This document shows positions 1 through 9,298 of a stretch of 64,000 bases of DNA, piece by piece; positions within the stretch are counted from its first letter, which is position 1, and each line of letters opens with the position of its first letter. The DNA is from Candidatus Heimdallarchaeota archaeon. GTDB taxonomy: Archaea; Asgardarchaeota; Heimdallarchaeia; JABLTI01. A model generated the notes under the pieces. That model saw only the letters and a program-made list of their open reading frames with translations. It was not told the DNA's origin and ran no database searches. The stretch is taken from positions 89,731 to 153,730 of the forward strand of contig DXJV01000029.1 of NCBI GenBank assembly GCA_019056785.1, in the 5' to 3' direction. Position numbers and translations under genes: made by a program.

Positions 1-1557
1 GGAAAGAAGCTTTTCTGCTTTCAGCAGCTCTTTCTTTTGTATCTGGAACCTAATCCGAGAAATTATTGCTTGGGCATTTTCTTCCTGGTTGGCATGAATA
101 GAAGCGAAAAGATCGGCACGATTAATGTAGGATTCGGCAAGCGAAAATTTGCCCAGCGCAGTTGAAATTTCGAACAACCAGTTCAGAATATCAAAATAAA
201 TTTCATCCTTCTTGTTCAATTTGGTGCAAATATGTAATGCTTTTTCAAATTCATCAAAAGCAGTTGTTAAATTACCGACAATGGCATTTAGCTGCCCCAG
301 TTTGATATGGTCCATTAGGAGTTCTTCTGGAGGGGCGTGGTATTTCACTTTAAACTCCAGGGCATTTGTACGTGTTTCCACTGCTTCTTTAAAATTTCCA
401 GCGATGAAATTAACATAAGACAAACCATCAAAGATGGGTGTAAGAAGAATAGTGAAGCTATGATTCTGAGCGATTTCAAGGGCAGTTTGATAATTGGTCA
501 ATGCTTCTGCATACTTTCCTTTTCGCGCCAACAGCTTAGCAATATTAGTTAAGGCAATCACTTTATTGTAATCATCAGTTAAATTTGTCGCTTGTTCGAG
601 CAGTTCAAAGAAATATTCCTCTGCTTTGGTAAATTGTTGTTGACTTTCAGAAACAAAAGCAAGATTTTTTATGCAATTTACAACGCCAATTTGATCCTTA
701 AGAGCAACATAGGTTTTTCGTGCTTCTAAATAATTTTTCTCTGCATGCTCATAATCTCCCAATGCGGCTTCCCAATCTCCACGCAAGCAAATGGCTTTTG
801 CCTTCAGTGCTTTGAAATTAAATGATTGGAAGATGACAGAAACCTCTTCAAATAACAATTCTAGCTCCTGAAAGTTCTTCTGGACGATGGAATAATGGAT
901 TAAATCCAAAAGGAATTGAGTCATAAAATAGGGTTCTTCTAATTGTTTTGTTAATTGATAGAGCGTTTTCGTTTCTTCAATGAGAGCAAGAGTAACAATC
1001 TCAGCTGCTTTGACATGCGAAAGGACAAGATAAGCAAGTAAAAAAAAATGATCAAAATCCGGAAGAGAGGCATTCTTCTCTTGAAACGAATGAATCTTCT
1101 CCACCACAGTTTTAAGGTTCTCTTTATTTTTATAACCACTTCTAAACAATATTTGAGCAAGAGCGCCCAAACATTCGATGTAGACCATCGGGTCAGAAGT
1201 CTCTGAAATCTCTTTCTCAACTTGTTCTAAAAGCTCAATTGCATTTGAGATTTCTCCTTGTTGGGCCTCTGCCAGAGCAAACCAAACTTTCGCCCCGGCG
1301 TTTGTCTGAATTTCTTTGGCAAACTCATTCAAATAAGCATAATCTGCCAGCATATACGCGATTTTTGCTGCGAGGTAACGTAATTCATGATCGTCTTCTG
1401 GAAGGGTAGGGGATTTCGAAATGCGCAGAAATCGTTTGAAAAAAACCTTCGGATCTTTTGAGTCTAACGCAAGACGATCGAATTGAAATTCAATTGCATC
1501 TAGGGACTCTTGAGAGAGACGACTTTCATGCGTTTTAAATGCTGTTGGGAGGACCAC
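1..1557 (-). CDS. Tetratricopeptide repeat (TPR) protein, 3' end runs off the window
   Basis: Not in the ORF track because it has no stop inside the window. Manual translation from GTG at 1557 (GAGGG upstream) is open to position 1 and gives TPR-like helices, e.g. LGDYEHAEKNYLEA, LARKGKYAEALTNYQTALEI, LGKFSLAESY. Confidence 0.8.
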   Translation of the reverse strand, partial: MVLPTAFKTHESRLSQESLDAIEFQFDRLALDSKDPKVFFKRFLRISKSPTLPEDDHELRYLAAKIAYMLADYAYLNEFAKEIQTNAGAKVWFALAEAQQGEISNAIELLEQVEKEISETSDPMVYIECLGALAQILFRSGYKNKENLKTVVEKIHSFQEKNASLPDFDHFFLLAYLVLSHVKAAEIVTLALIEETKTLYQLTKQLEEPYFMTQFLLDLIHYSIVQKNFQELELLFEEVSVIFQSFNFKALKAKAICLRGDWEAALGDYEHAEKNYLEARKTYVALKDQIGVVNCIKNLAFVSESQQQFTKAEEYFFELLEQATNLTDDYNKVIALTNIAKLLARKGKYAEALTNYQTALEIAQNHSFTILLTPIFDGLSYVNFIAGNFKEAVETRTNALEFKVKYHAPPEELLMDHIKLGQLNAIVGNLTTAFDEFEKALHICTKLNKKDEIYFDILNWLFEISTALGKFSLAESYINRADLFASIHANQEENAQAIISRIRFQIQKKELLKAEKLLS

Positions 1558-1863
1558 TTTTTTCCCTCGAGTTCTTCTTATTTAGCTAATTATTTTTCCC
1601 TGCATTCTAAAAACAAATTCCTAATATGTGGATAGTTTTTTACTCGTTTTTAATAAAAGATTATTAGTTAAATCTTTTTTAAAGGTTATTTTTAAGGGAT
1701 TTTGGGGTTTTGACTGTTTTTTGGGATAGAAACAACAAAATACCCTACTTCAATAAATCTTTTGTCATTACTAAAAAGTAATAAGTGAGTTTAACAGCTT
1801 TTTTCTCCAAGAAAAAGCTTTTTGTATTAAAATGCTTAAAATTTGACCAAATGGTGAGAGTCT

Positions 1864-3312
1864 ATGAGTCAACATGGAACCAGTAATCTAAATCCGAAAC
1901 AACTCGAAAAATTAGCCGAAAAAGCAAAAGAACTAGGATATGACAATCTGAGGTTTTTTGTCGATGATATTGACATGTTGTTGCGCCCGGCTGTTCTTTT
2001 GAAACAAAAAGATATGAAATATTTCGAGTTGGAAAACCTCATTTCCTTGCTAACGAGTAAAAATATTAGCCTGGGAATGGCGCCCCGGATGTTAAGTATG
2101 GTATCAAAATACGCTGAAAGAAATGAAGAATTAGAAGCAGAAAACGCAGAATTAAAGCAATCAAATATAACTATGCGAAGTAAATACCAAACTGCTGAAG
2201 CCCAGGTAAAAGAATATCAAAAGCAACTTAAAGAACTCTCTGTTGGCGTCCAAGCTGATGCTAAAATCCGAGAAGAGAATATAAAACTTAGTGAAGAGAA
2301 TAAGTATCTAAAAATCACAAATGAATCTCTCACCGGAGAACTAAAGAAAACCAAAGAAAAACTCGACGAGAAAATTGAAGAAGCAAATGATCTTGAAGTT
2401 GAAAATAGCCAGTTAGAATTAAAGATTAAAGACCTCCAGAGAGAATTGAAAGAATTGGAGTTGGAATATGAAGAACTAAAACGAGAAGGTATTGGTACCG
2501 ATAAGACAAAACGACTCGTTGAGGACTTAATTGATGAAGTAGATGAAGCCTATAGTACTGTAGACGACCCCTTTAAGAAGGAATTCTTGGCATTTATGGG
2601 TGTGGAATTGAGCGAAATCGTTGAGGGACGAACTATTACAAAACAAAAAATTCTCAATCAAATAGCGATTCATGCACACGAAATTGAAAAAAAATTCGAG
2701 CCAAAAATAGCAGCTTTGCAACAAATGCCTGCCCGCAGTGCTACACCTCAACCGGTAATCAAAGAACCAAGAGAGGTTATGAAGAAAGAAGTTATTCCTG
2801 AACCCGTGAAAAAAACCGCTCCAGTTGCAGTTAAAAAAGGACAACCTGCTGAAGCGCCTTCAAAACAAAAGGCCAAGGAAGAAACCGAAGACCATTATGT
2901 GAAACCAAGTGAATTCTTGAAGAAAAAAGGCATCATCGTAAGTAGTGGAAAAGAACCTGCAAAAACAGAAGAAGCGAAAGAAAAAGGTGAAGAACACGCA
3001 GAAAAAACACCTGCAAAACCCGCTACCACTGTTTCACGTTCCAAACGTAAATTTAAGAAGAAAGTGGAAATCGACCGCACACCAAGCCCTGAATTGATTC
3101 AGGTCTTTGACGTATTTATAAAATATCTTGAAGCTATAACTGACAATAAATCATTTAATGACCTGTGCGACAAAATAATCGAGCAACTTTATGAACACAT
3201 TGGCTCTCCCGGCATGACACAAGTTTACAAAATAAAAAGTAGTGGCGTGAAAAGAAAACAATTATTGATCGACCTAATAAAACAGTGGAAAGTGAGACTG
3301 CCTGACCTCTAA
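1864..3312 (+). CDS. Long coiled-coil hypothetical protein
   Basis: 482 aa ORF with GGTGA RBS. Heptad-rich E/K/L region (aa ~80-210), P/K/E low-complexity linker and small helical C-terminal domain. Confidence 0.75.
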   Translation: MSQHGTSNLNPKQLEKLAEKAKELGYDNLRFFVDDIDMLLRPAVLLKQKDMKYFELENLISLLTSKNISLGMAPRMLSMVSKYAERNEELEAENAELKQSNITMRSKYQTAEAQVKEYQKQLKELSVGVQADAKIREENIKLSEENKYLKITNESLTGELKKTKEKLDEKIEEANDLEVENSQLELKIKDLQRELKELELEYEELKREGIGTDKTKRLVEDLIDEVDEAYSTVDDPFKKEFLAFMGVELSEIVEGRTITKQKILNQIAIHAHEIEKKFEPKIAALQQMPARSATPQPVIKEPREVMKKEVIPEPVKKTAPVAVKKGQPAEAPSKQKAKEETEDHYVKPSEFLKKKGIIVSSGKEPAKTEEAKEKGEEHAEKTPAKPATTVSRSKRKFKKKVEIDRTPSPELIQVFDVFIKYLEAITDNKSFNDLCDKIIEQLYEHIGSPGMTQVYKIKSSGVKRKQLLIDLIKQWKVRLPDL

Positions 3313-3359
3313 GAACTGAGGAAGGACCAGCTCACCTCTCGTTTTTTTCAAATGATTAT

Positions 3360-4007
3360 TTATAAGATAATCTGGATTTTCTGATGGATCGCGTAAGAAG
3401 ACATACCACCTGAATCGAAGCGAAGACGAATCAATTTAGACTTGTCTTGTCCGTGAATAGCAATGACTTTTCCGGTGACCTTAGTCTCACTTTCAGGATA
3501 TTTTAAAATGAATTTTTTACCTATCAATGTCTTATGGTTATAGTCATCCAAAACTCTTGCAATTGCTTGATTGGTTTTTTGAAGCCTTTTGTCTCGTCGA
3601 TAGCTAGTTATAATTGCGCTAATAAATTTGACTTTCTTTGATTTTGGTTTAGTGGTTGGCTTGGGTTTGGTTGTAGTGGAGGTCTTTGACTTTGTGCGTG
3701 TGCTTTTCTTTGTAGCGGTTGTTTTTACTTTTGGGGTGGTCTTTTTAGCCGTCGTTGGTTTTTTAGCTGCAGTGGTCTTTTTAGTTGTAGCCGGTTTTTT
3801 TGTTGTAGAAGTCTTTTTGGCTGGTGAAGTGCTCTTTTTAGTGGTAGTGGCTTTTTTTGTCGTTGTGGAAGTTTTAGTGGAAGATTTTTTCGCGGGTGTT
3901 TTTTTAGTGGAGGTTTGTTTTGTAGATGCTTTTTTGGTTGTGGTTGTTTTAGCAGCAGGTTTCTTTGCAGAGGTGCTTTTTGAAGTGGTTTTTTTCTTTT
4001 CTGGCAT
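3360..4007 (-). CDS. rpl35ae: 50S ribosomal protein L35Ae (eL33) with long Lys/Thr-rich N-terminal extension
   Basis: C-terminal ~90 aa match the L35Ae pattern: I.SYRR...Q..NQ, LIGKK, GKV...HG, R.RF. N-terminal ~125 aa are K/T/A/S/P low complexity. Confidence 0.85.
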   Translation of the reverse strand: MPEKKKTTSKSTSAKKPAAKTTTTKKASTKQTSTKKTPAKKSSTKTSTTTKKATTTKKSTSPAKKTSTTKKPATTKKTTAAKKPTTAKKTTPKVKTTATKKSTRTKSKTSTTTKPKPTTKPKSKKVKFISAIITSYRRDKRLQKTNQAIARVLDDYNHKTLIGKKFILKYPESETKVTGKVIAIHGQDKSKLIRLRFDSGGMSSYAIHQKIQIIL

Positions 4008-4085
4008 AACAAATCACTCTAAGTTATTATTCGATAGGTAGAGGACAAAAGATGTCATTCAAAAATCTTTTCTCTGTGATTAATT

Positions 4086-5489
4086 TTATTTTGCTATTTT
4101 CTTGTCCTCTACTGCAAGAAGGACACTCTCCAGCGAAATTAGAAAGTTCTCTATCTCACTTTTTTCAACAGTAATCAGTCGCCCGGGTTGATGAACGAGA
4201 ATATTCCGTTTTTTCCGGACATTATTAATAGCTTCCTCTTGTTCTTTAGTTAAGAGGTCACGCTCGCGTAAGAATTGCAAGATCATATTAAAATTGGTAT
4301 AAATCTCCACAGGAGCACCGAAGCGTTCTATAAGGCTTTTGAATAATTGCTCTGCAGAACGGAAAAGAAAAACCAAAGCGGTAGCACGTTCTTCCTCTGA
4401 AATTTCGTCCCAATGTTTAAGACGGTTTTTGACATACTCAATATCCGTCTTTAAGGAAACGACCTCATGTTCGTAACTGAATACATGCCGAGCAATATCA
4501 TAAAACGGGCTTTCAAAGAACCGGTCCTTTATTACGGCAGTTTGTTTTGCCGAAACTTTTAATTGGTCCAAAATCGGCTTGTAAATGCGCCATGCTTGTT
4601 GTTTCGCAACAAAATTGTTGGCGTAATTTCTCAGCGCCTCTGATAAAGGTTCCTCGTATTCTTGCTGATAGATAGGATCAATCCGACGAGCGAAACGTCT
4701 GAGAGTGGTCTCTCCAACTAACCCTTCTATTGGGAATTGGCTAACAGCACGAATGTAGTTGTTTCTATTCAGCCGTTCTTCTTCATTTGGCGGCATAACT
4801 ATAGGCAATGTCTCAAGGATCAGTTTTCTTAATCTACCGATAGAATAGAAAGCAAGAAGGTCGCTGAGAAAAGTAAGAACAGTAAATAGAATAGTGAAAA
4901 TGATAACATTCACAATATTATCAATTTTATCAAGAACTAAAAAGTCTAGAACAATTGGCCTGAAATGTAAATAGATAATGCCAATCAAATCTGCCAAAGA
5001 TAAAATGGACCAAATAATTGAAAAGAGAAACAAAGTCTCAAAACTACTTAAGAGGTTATTTTTTCTATTAACCTGGCTTTGGCTAATATATGAATCAATA
5101 TATAGCTCACGCACACGGGCCACAAGCGGGGGAACAAGCTCCTTTTCAATGGCAGCACGAATCTTTTCTTTTTGGGTTCTTGTAAGGCTTGCTTCATCAT
5201 CTGAGAAGATAAAAAGCTCGTCGATATTTTCTTTTAATTTTGACTCGTAATGTTTTCCAACGCCACTAATAAAGTAGATTAACATTGGAGAAATCATGTA
5301 GATAAAAAGTGCAGGTGCAATCAACATTAAAGCCCAGAGAATAAAGCCCCAGTTGGGGGTTATTCCTTTTGCCAGAAGATAAATAGCATAGACAATAAAT
5401 TCCAGCACAATAGGAGCGTAGACTCCAAGAAGAAAGCGTTGATTGAATAAAGCATTGGTTATTTTCGACCGCCAGTTATTGGTTCCCAT
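4086..5489 (-). CDS. Membrane protein (about 4 TM helices) with C-terminal HEPN-like domain
   Basis: Two pairs of hydrophobic helices in the N-terminal half. C-terminal helical domain has 'RSAEQL' and an R-x4-H motif (RNILVH). Confidence 0.65.
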   Translation of the reverse strand: MGTNNWRSKITNALFNQRFLLGVYAPIVLEFIVYAIYLLAKGITPNWGFILWALMLIAPALFIYMISPMLIYFISGVGKHYESKLKENIDELFIFSDDEASLTRTQKEKIRAAIEKELVPPLVARVRELYIDSYISQSQVNRKNNLLSSFETLFLFSIIWSILSLADLIGIIYLHFRPIVLDFLVLDKIDNIVNVIIFTILFTVLTFLSDLLAFYSIGRLRKLILETLPIVMPPNEEERLNRNNYIRAVSQFPIEGLVGETTLRRFARRIDPIYQQEYEEPLSEALRNYANNFVAKQQAWRIYKPILDQLKVSAKQTAVIKDRFFESPFYDIARHVFSYEHEVVSLKTDIEYVKNRLKHWDEISEEERATALVFLFRSAEQLFKSLIERFGAPVEIYTNFNMILQFLRERDLLTKEQEEAINNVRKKRNILVHQPGRLITVEKSEIENFLISLESVLLAVEDKKIAK

Positions 5490-5617
5490 GAAAAAGCACC
5501 TTTTATTACCTTAAAGCGAAGAACTATTTTTAATACATCTTAGTGTTATTAGGTTAAATAGTCTTTGATGATTAATAAAAGTGGAACTGTGAGGGATAGG
5601 CCATCCAGCAACAAAAA

Positions 5618-6997
5618 GTGATCAAAAACGAAGAAACACTCATTAATATAGAAAAAGACCCCTTAATTAAAAGGGGAAGAAAACTACTCCTCGAGCTAAT
5701 CGCCACTGGCATTCAAGCAGCAGACCCTTTTAAAGCCGTACAAAAACATGTCAAATTGGAAGGAAGAACAATAAGAATCGCTACCAAATGGGAACGAGAT
5801 ATCTCTTCTTTTGAGAATGTAATTATTGTAGGAGCCGGGAAGGCCTCAGCCAAAATGGCTTTGGCTCTTGAAAAAATTCTGGGAGAGGAAAACATCACAA
5901 AAGGCTTAGTAAATGTTCCATCAGAAACCGTGAGCAATTTAACTGGAACATCAAAAATAAGATTCCATCCCGCCGGACATCCCGTGGCTACTAAGGCTTC
6001 TCTCGAGGGGACTAAGGAAATCATTAAATTAATTTCAGGATTAACACGAAATGACCTTGTCATTTGTGTGATTAGTGGAGGCGGTTCTGCCATGCTGGAG
6101 CTGCCGATAGCAGGTATCACTCTCAACGATTTTTCCACTGTTTTTAATTTATTGACACAGAAAGGGGCAACTATTTATGAATTGAATGCCTTTCGCAAAC
6201 ATTTATCACAAGTGAAAGGAGGGCGATTGGCAAAAATAGCCCGGCCAGCGGAGGTTGTTTCACTAATAATAAGCGATGTTGTCGGCGATGACCTATCGAC
6301 CATTGCTTCTGGACCCACTGCTCCAGATAAAACAAGCTGGCATGATCTAATGACAATTATGAAAAAATATGCTCTTACAGCGGCACTTCCACAAACAGTA
6401 ATACAGCTGATTGAAAAGGGCGTTAAAAGAGAGCTTGCAGAGACCCTTAGAGCAACCGACCCGGTTTTTATGCGGGTATATAATTTCTTAATTGCATCTA
6501 ATACACTTTCCTGTCATGCGATAAAACAGGCTGCCTTAGGAAAAGGTTTTACAGCGAGAATTGTTTCGACAACACTAACAGGTGAAGCCCGGTTAGTAGG
6601 AGAAAAGTTAGCCGAAGAACTCCTCCATAGTGAGAAAAACAATGTGCTAATTGCGGGAGGGGAAACTACAGTAACCATTACCGGAAAAGGAATTGGCGGA
6701 CGAAATCAAGAGCTGGCCTTAGCCGCAGCAACACATTTGAGCAACAAGGAAGGGATTTTTTTTGCAGCGGTTGGTTCTGATGGAAAAGATGGGCCGACAG
6801 ATGCCGCAGGAGCAATCATCGACTATCAGACAATCTTAAAAGGAGTGAAGAAAGGATTGAGGGCTGAAACCTTTTTACTTGATAATAATTCTTACGCTTT
6901 TCTAAAGGAAACAAATTCATTAATACTTACAGGACCCACCGGCACAAATGTGAGTGACCTCTTTCTGGGCGTACACCTGGCCCGAAAAGCCGAATAA
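5618..6997 (+). CDS. Glycerate 2-kinase (MOFRL/DUF4147 family)
   Basis: Motifs GAGKAS, ISGGGSA, RKHLSQVKGG, SDVVGDD..IASGPT, GGETTV, GGRNQE, DGKDG and GPTGTNVSD. Confidence 0.93.
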   Translation: MIKNEETLINIEKDPLIKRGRKLLLELIATGIQAADPFKAVQKHVKLEGRTIRIATKWERDISSFENVIIVGAGKASAKMALALEKILGEENITKGLVNVPSETVSNLTGTSKIRFHPAGHPVATKASLEGTKEIIKLISGLTRNDLVICVISGGGSAMLELPIAGITLNDFSTVFNLLTQKGATIYELNAFRKHLSQVKGGRLAKIARPAEVVSLIISDVVGDDLSTIASGPTAPDKTSWHDLMTIMKKYALTAALPQTVIQLIEKGVKRELAETLRATDPVFMRVYNFLIASNTLSCHAIKQAALGKGFTARIVSTTLTGEARLVGEKLAEELLHSEKNNVLIAGGETTVTITGKGIGGRNQELALAAATHLSNKEGIFFAAVGSDGKDGPTDAAGAIIDYQTILKGVKKGLRAETFLLDNNSYAFLKETNSLILTGPTGTNVSDLFLGVHLARKAE

Positions 6998-7138
6998 AAA
7001 AGTTCTCGAATTTATTTCCAGAGTTTTAAATGAGAATTAACAAGCATTTAAGTAGTTTCTAAAGACAAAGCTTTACAGAAGAGCCTTAATTGCAATAAAT
7101 GGTAAATATATAAGGTAGTTCTTAAAATAGAATATCGA

Positions 7139-8332
7139 GTGTGTTTAAAGTTGTCGAATTCGTCGTTGTATCAATATGCCTCTAAATATGCACAAAAAGC
7201 CTATGAACAAGATAAAGCTGGAAATTACAAAGCAGCACATCAAAATTATTTGAAAGCTGCAGAAGTGTTGCAACAGCTCATCCAATTCACAAGCAATCCC
7301 CAATTAAAAAACATGTACTATGTTAAAGCAAAAGAATATCTTGCTCGCGCAAAGGAGCTAAAAGATATGGGAATGCAACCGGTAGAAGGGGGGAGACGGA
7401 GAAGCTCAAGAAAGGGCAGCCGGGGAGGTGACAGTGGAGGGGATGAAGAAGAGGATGAACTTGAAGAGGCTATCTCGGAAATTATCATCGTGGAAAAACC
7501 CAACGTGAAAATGAGCCAGGTGGCAGGATTAGAAGAAGCAAAGAGAGCCTTGCGAGAAGCAATCATCCTACCAATGAAACGACCCGACCTTTTTAAAGGC
7601 GCTCGAAACCCATGGCGAGGCATCTTACTTTTTGGCCCACCAGGTACCGGGAAAACATTATTAGCAAGAGCAGTTGCAACAGAAGTAGATGCAACCTTTT
7701 TTAACGTGAGTGCCTCAAGTATTATCTCGAAATGGCTGGGAGAATCGGAGAAACTGGTTCAACAGCTGTTTGAAACAGCCCAGGAAAAACAACCCTCGCT
7801 CATTTTCATAGATGAAGTAGATAGCATTGCTTCTGCAAGAGGTGGAAGCGAACATGATGCAATGCGCCGTGTGAAAACAACTTTGATGACCCAGATGGAC
7901 GGAGTAACAACAAAGAAATCAGACCGGATTGTAGTTATAGGTGCAACTAACCTCCCATGGGAACTCGACCCGGCCTTTCGAAGCAGATTTGAAAAGCGCA
8001 TCTATATTAATTTGCCTGATTTTCCTGCACGAGCGAAAATTTTTGAAATCCACACAAAAGGAGTAGAAATCGACCAGACAGTCGATTGGAACCTCCTTGC
8101 TGAGGTAAGCGAGGGCTATTCAGGAAGAGACATTCAGCTGCTCTGTAGAGAAGCAGTAATGATGCCGGTAAGAGAACTTGATATTGCAGGTGCTTTGGAC
8201 AATCCCGACATTAAAGCCAGGGCAGTAACAATCGACGACTTTATGTTAGCAATGGAGAAAATCAAACCCAGCGTTGCTCCTGAAGAACTTCTGAAGCACA
8301 GAGACTGGGCAGAAGAATTTGGAAGCGTCTAG
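7139..8332 (+). CDS. vps4: Vps4-type AAA+ ATPase with N-terminal MIT domain (ESCRT-III disassembly); true start may be TTG 7151
   Basis: MIT helices (AYEQDKAGNY..A...Y..A), PWRGILLFGPPGTGKT Walker A, FIDEVD Walker B, SKWLGESEK pore loop, GATNLPW, RFEKRIYI and C-terminal W.EEFG. Confidence 0.93.
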   Translation: MCLKLSNSSLYQYASKYAQKAYEQDKAGNYKAAHQNYLKAAEVLQQLIQFTSNPQLKNMYYVKAKEYLARAKELKDMGMQPVEGGRRRSSRKGSRGGDSGGDEEEDELEEAISEIIIVEKPNVKMSQVAGLEEAKRALREAIILPMKRPDLFKGARNPWRGILLFGPPGTGKTLLARAVATEVDATFFNVSASSIISKWLGESEKLVQQLFETAQEKQPSLIFIDEVDSIASARGGSEHDAMRRVKTTLMTQMDGVTTKKSDRIVVIGATNLPWELDPAFRSRFEKRIYINLPDFPARAKIFEIHTKGVEIDQTVDWNLLAEVSEGYSGRDIQLLCREAVMMPVRELDIAGALDNPDIKARAVTIDDFMLAMEKIKPSVAPEELLKHRDWAEEFGSV

Positions 8333-8454
8333 AGAAAAGATGCTCATAATTCTTACCAAACAAATAATTAATGAGGAAAAACAGTTAAGTAAAAACTACA
8401 ACCAAAGTCTTAGTTACAATTGGCTACTGAAAAAGCAAACATGTGGGATAACAT

Positions 8455-9291
8455 ATGTCAGTAAAACAAAAGAAGAAGAAAACGAAAGCAAAAACAAAAA
8501 AGAAGACAACGCAAAAAGAGCAGACAGTACAAGAGGAGCAGCCGTTACAACAACAAGAACTGCAAGAAGAGAAAACACAACCTGCGAAATCCACCTTAGA
8601 GAGCAAACCGCCTCGCGAAGCAACTGTAACTATTTCCTTGATAGAAAACCCAGTCACAACAGAAGATAAGATTTACAATGCATTATTACGGATAGAGCAG
8701 CTAATACAATCAGATGTAGCTATTTCCCGTGAGGATCTTTTTGACTTAGGAGAGGATGTTGAAAGACAGCTTTTGGAAATTCTTCCGGAATGGATTAATA
8801 AACCCTGGATGTATGTCACCCCCGAACACCAGAAACAACTCGATTCCTGGTGTGCAGATTGGTCCAATTTCATTATGGAATATGCCCGCATTAATATTAA
8901 ACACATTATTCACATCGAAGAAGAACGAGCGAAATATCCATTCAATAATAAACAAATAAAGAAACGATTAGACAGAAAGCAATTTCAAACGATAGGTGAT
9001 TATATAGTCGCCCAGGAGATGGGCATTTGGTGGGATAAGAAAAAAATTCGCCTCCGTCTCTATTGGCGAACATTGGATGAATGGGCGGACATTATTTATG
9101 AGTGGAGTTTGAAAACAGGGCGTGCGGCCGGCCCCGAAAGAGTCATGACTTTGCTAGATATTCAAGAGGCAGGCCAACCATGGAGCACCATACCGGTCGA
9201 GGACCTGAAACGAATTTTTGAGATCATGAAAGAAAAAGGATATATTGAATGGGCTGATAAAAAGAAAACAGCTATTGCTTTTATTATCTGA
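8455..9291 (+). CDS. vps25: ESCRT-II subunit Vps25/EAP20-like protein with N-terminal extension
   Basis: KQLDSWCADW, PFNN..I.K.L and W.DK.K...LYWRT.DEWA..IYEW...G, then TL.DI. This matches the tandem winged-helix pattern of Vps25, and the gene is adjacent to vps4. Confidence 0.88.
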   Translation: MSVKQKKKKTKAKTKKKTTQKEQTVQEEQPLQQQELQEEKTQPAKSTLESKPPREATVTISLIENPVTTEDKIYNALLRIEQLIQSDVAISREDLFDLGEDVERQLLEILPEWINKPWMYVTPEHQKQLDSWCADWSNFIMEYARINIKHIIHIEEERAKYPFNNKQIKKRLDRKQFQTIGDYIVAQEMGIWWDKKKIRLRLYWRTLDEWADIIYEWSLKTGRAAGPERVMTLLDIQEAGQPWSTIPVEDLKRIFEIMKEKGYIEWADKKKTAIAFII

Positions 9292-9298
9292 GCGCAGT

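Noticed and set aside
212-1220. Short ORFs 212-418, 337-552 and 951-1220
   Set aside because: They overlap the long TPR reading frame (1557 to <1) that the ORF track missed.
3628-4041. 137-aa very hydrophobic (V/F/L/A) ORF on the + strand, and the 95-aa alternative-frame ORF 3725-4012
   Set aside because: Antisense and frame shadows of the Lys/Thr-rich tail of rpl35ae (AAA/ACN codons read as TTT/NGT).
8319-8669. 116-aa ORF bridging vps4 and vps25 (possible small ESCRT-III?)
   Set aside because: Out-of-frame overlap with vps25 low-complexity sequence; no Snf7-like helical pattern.
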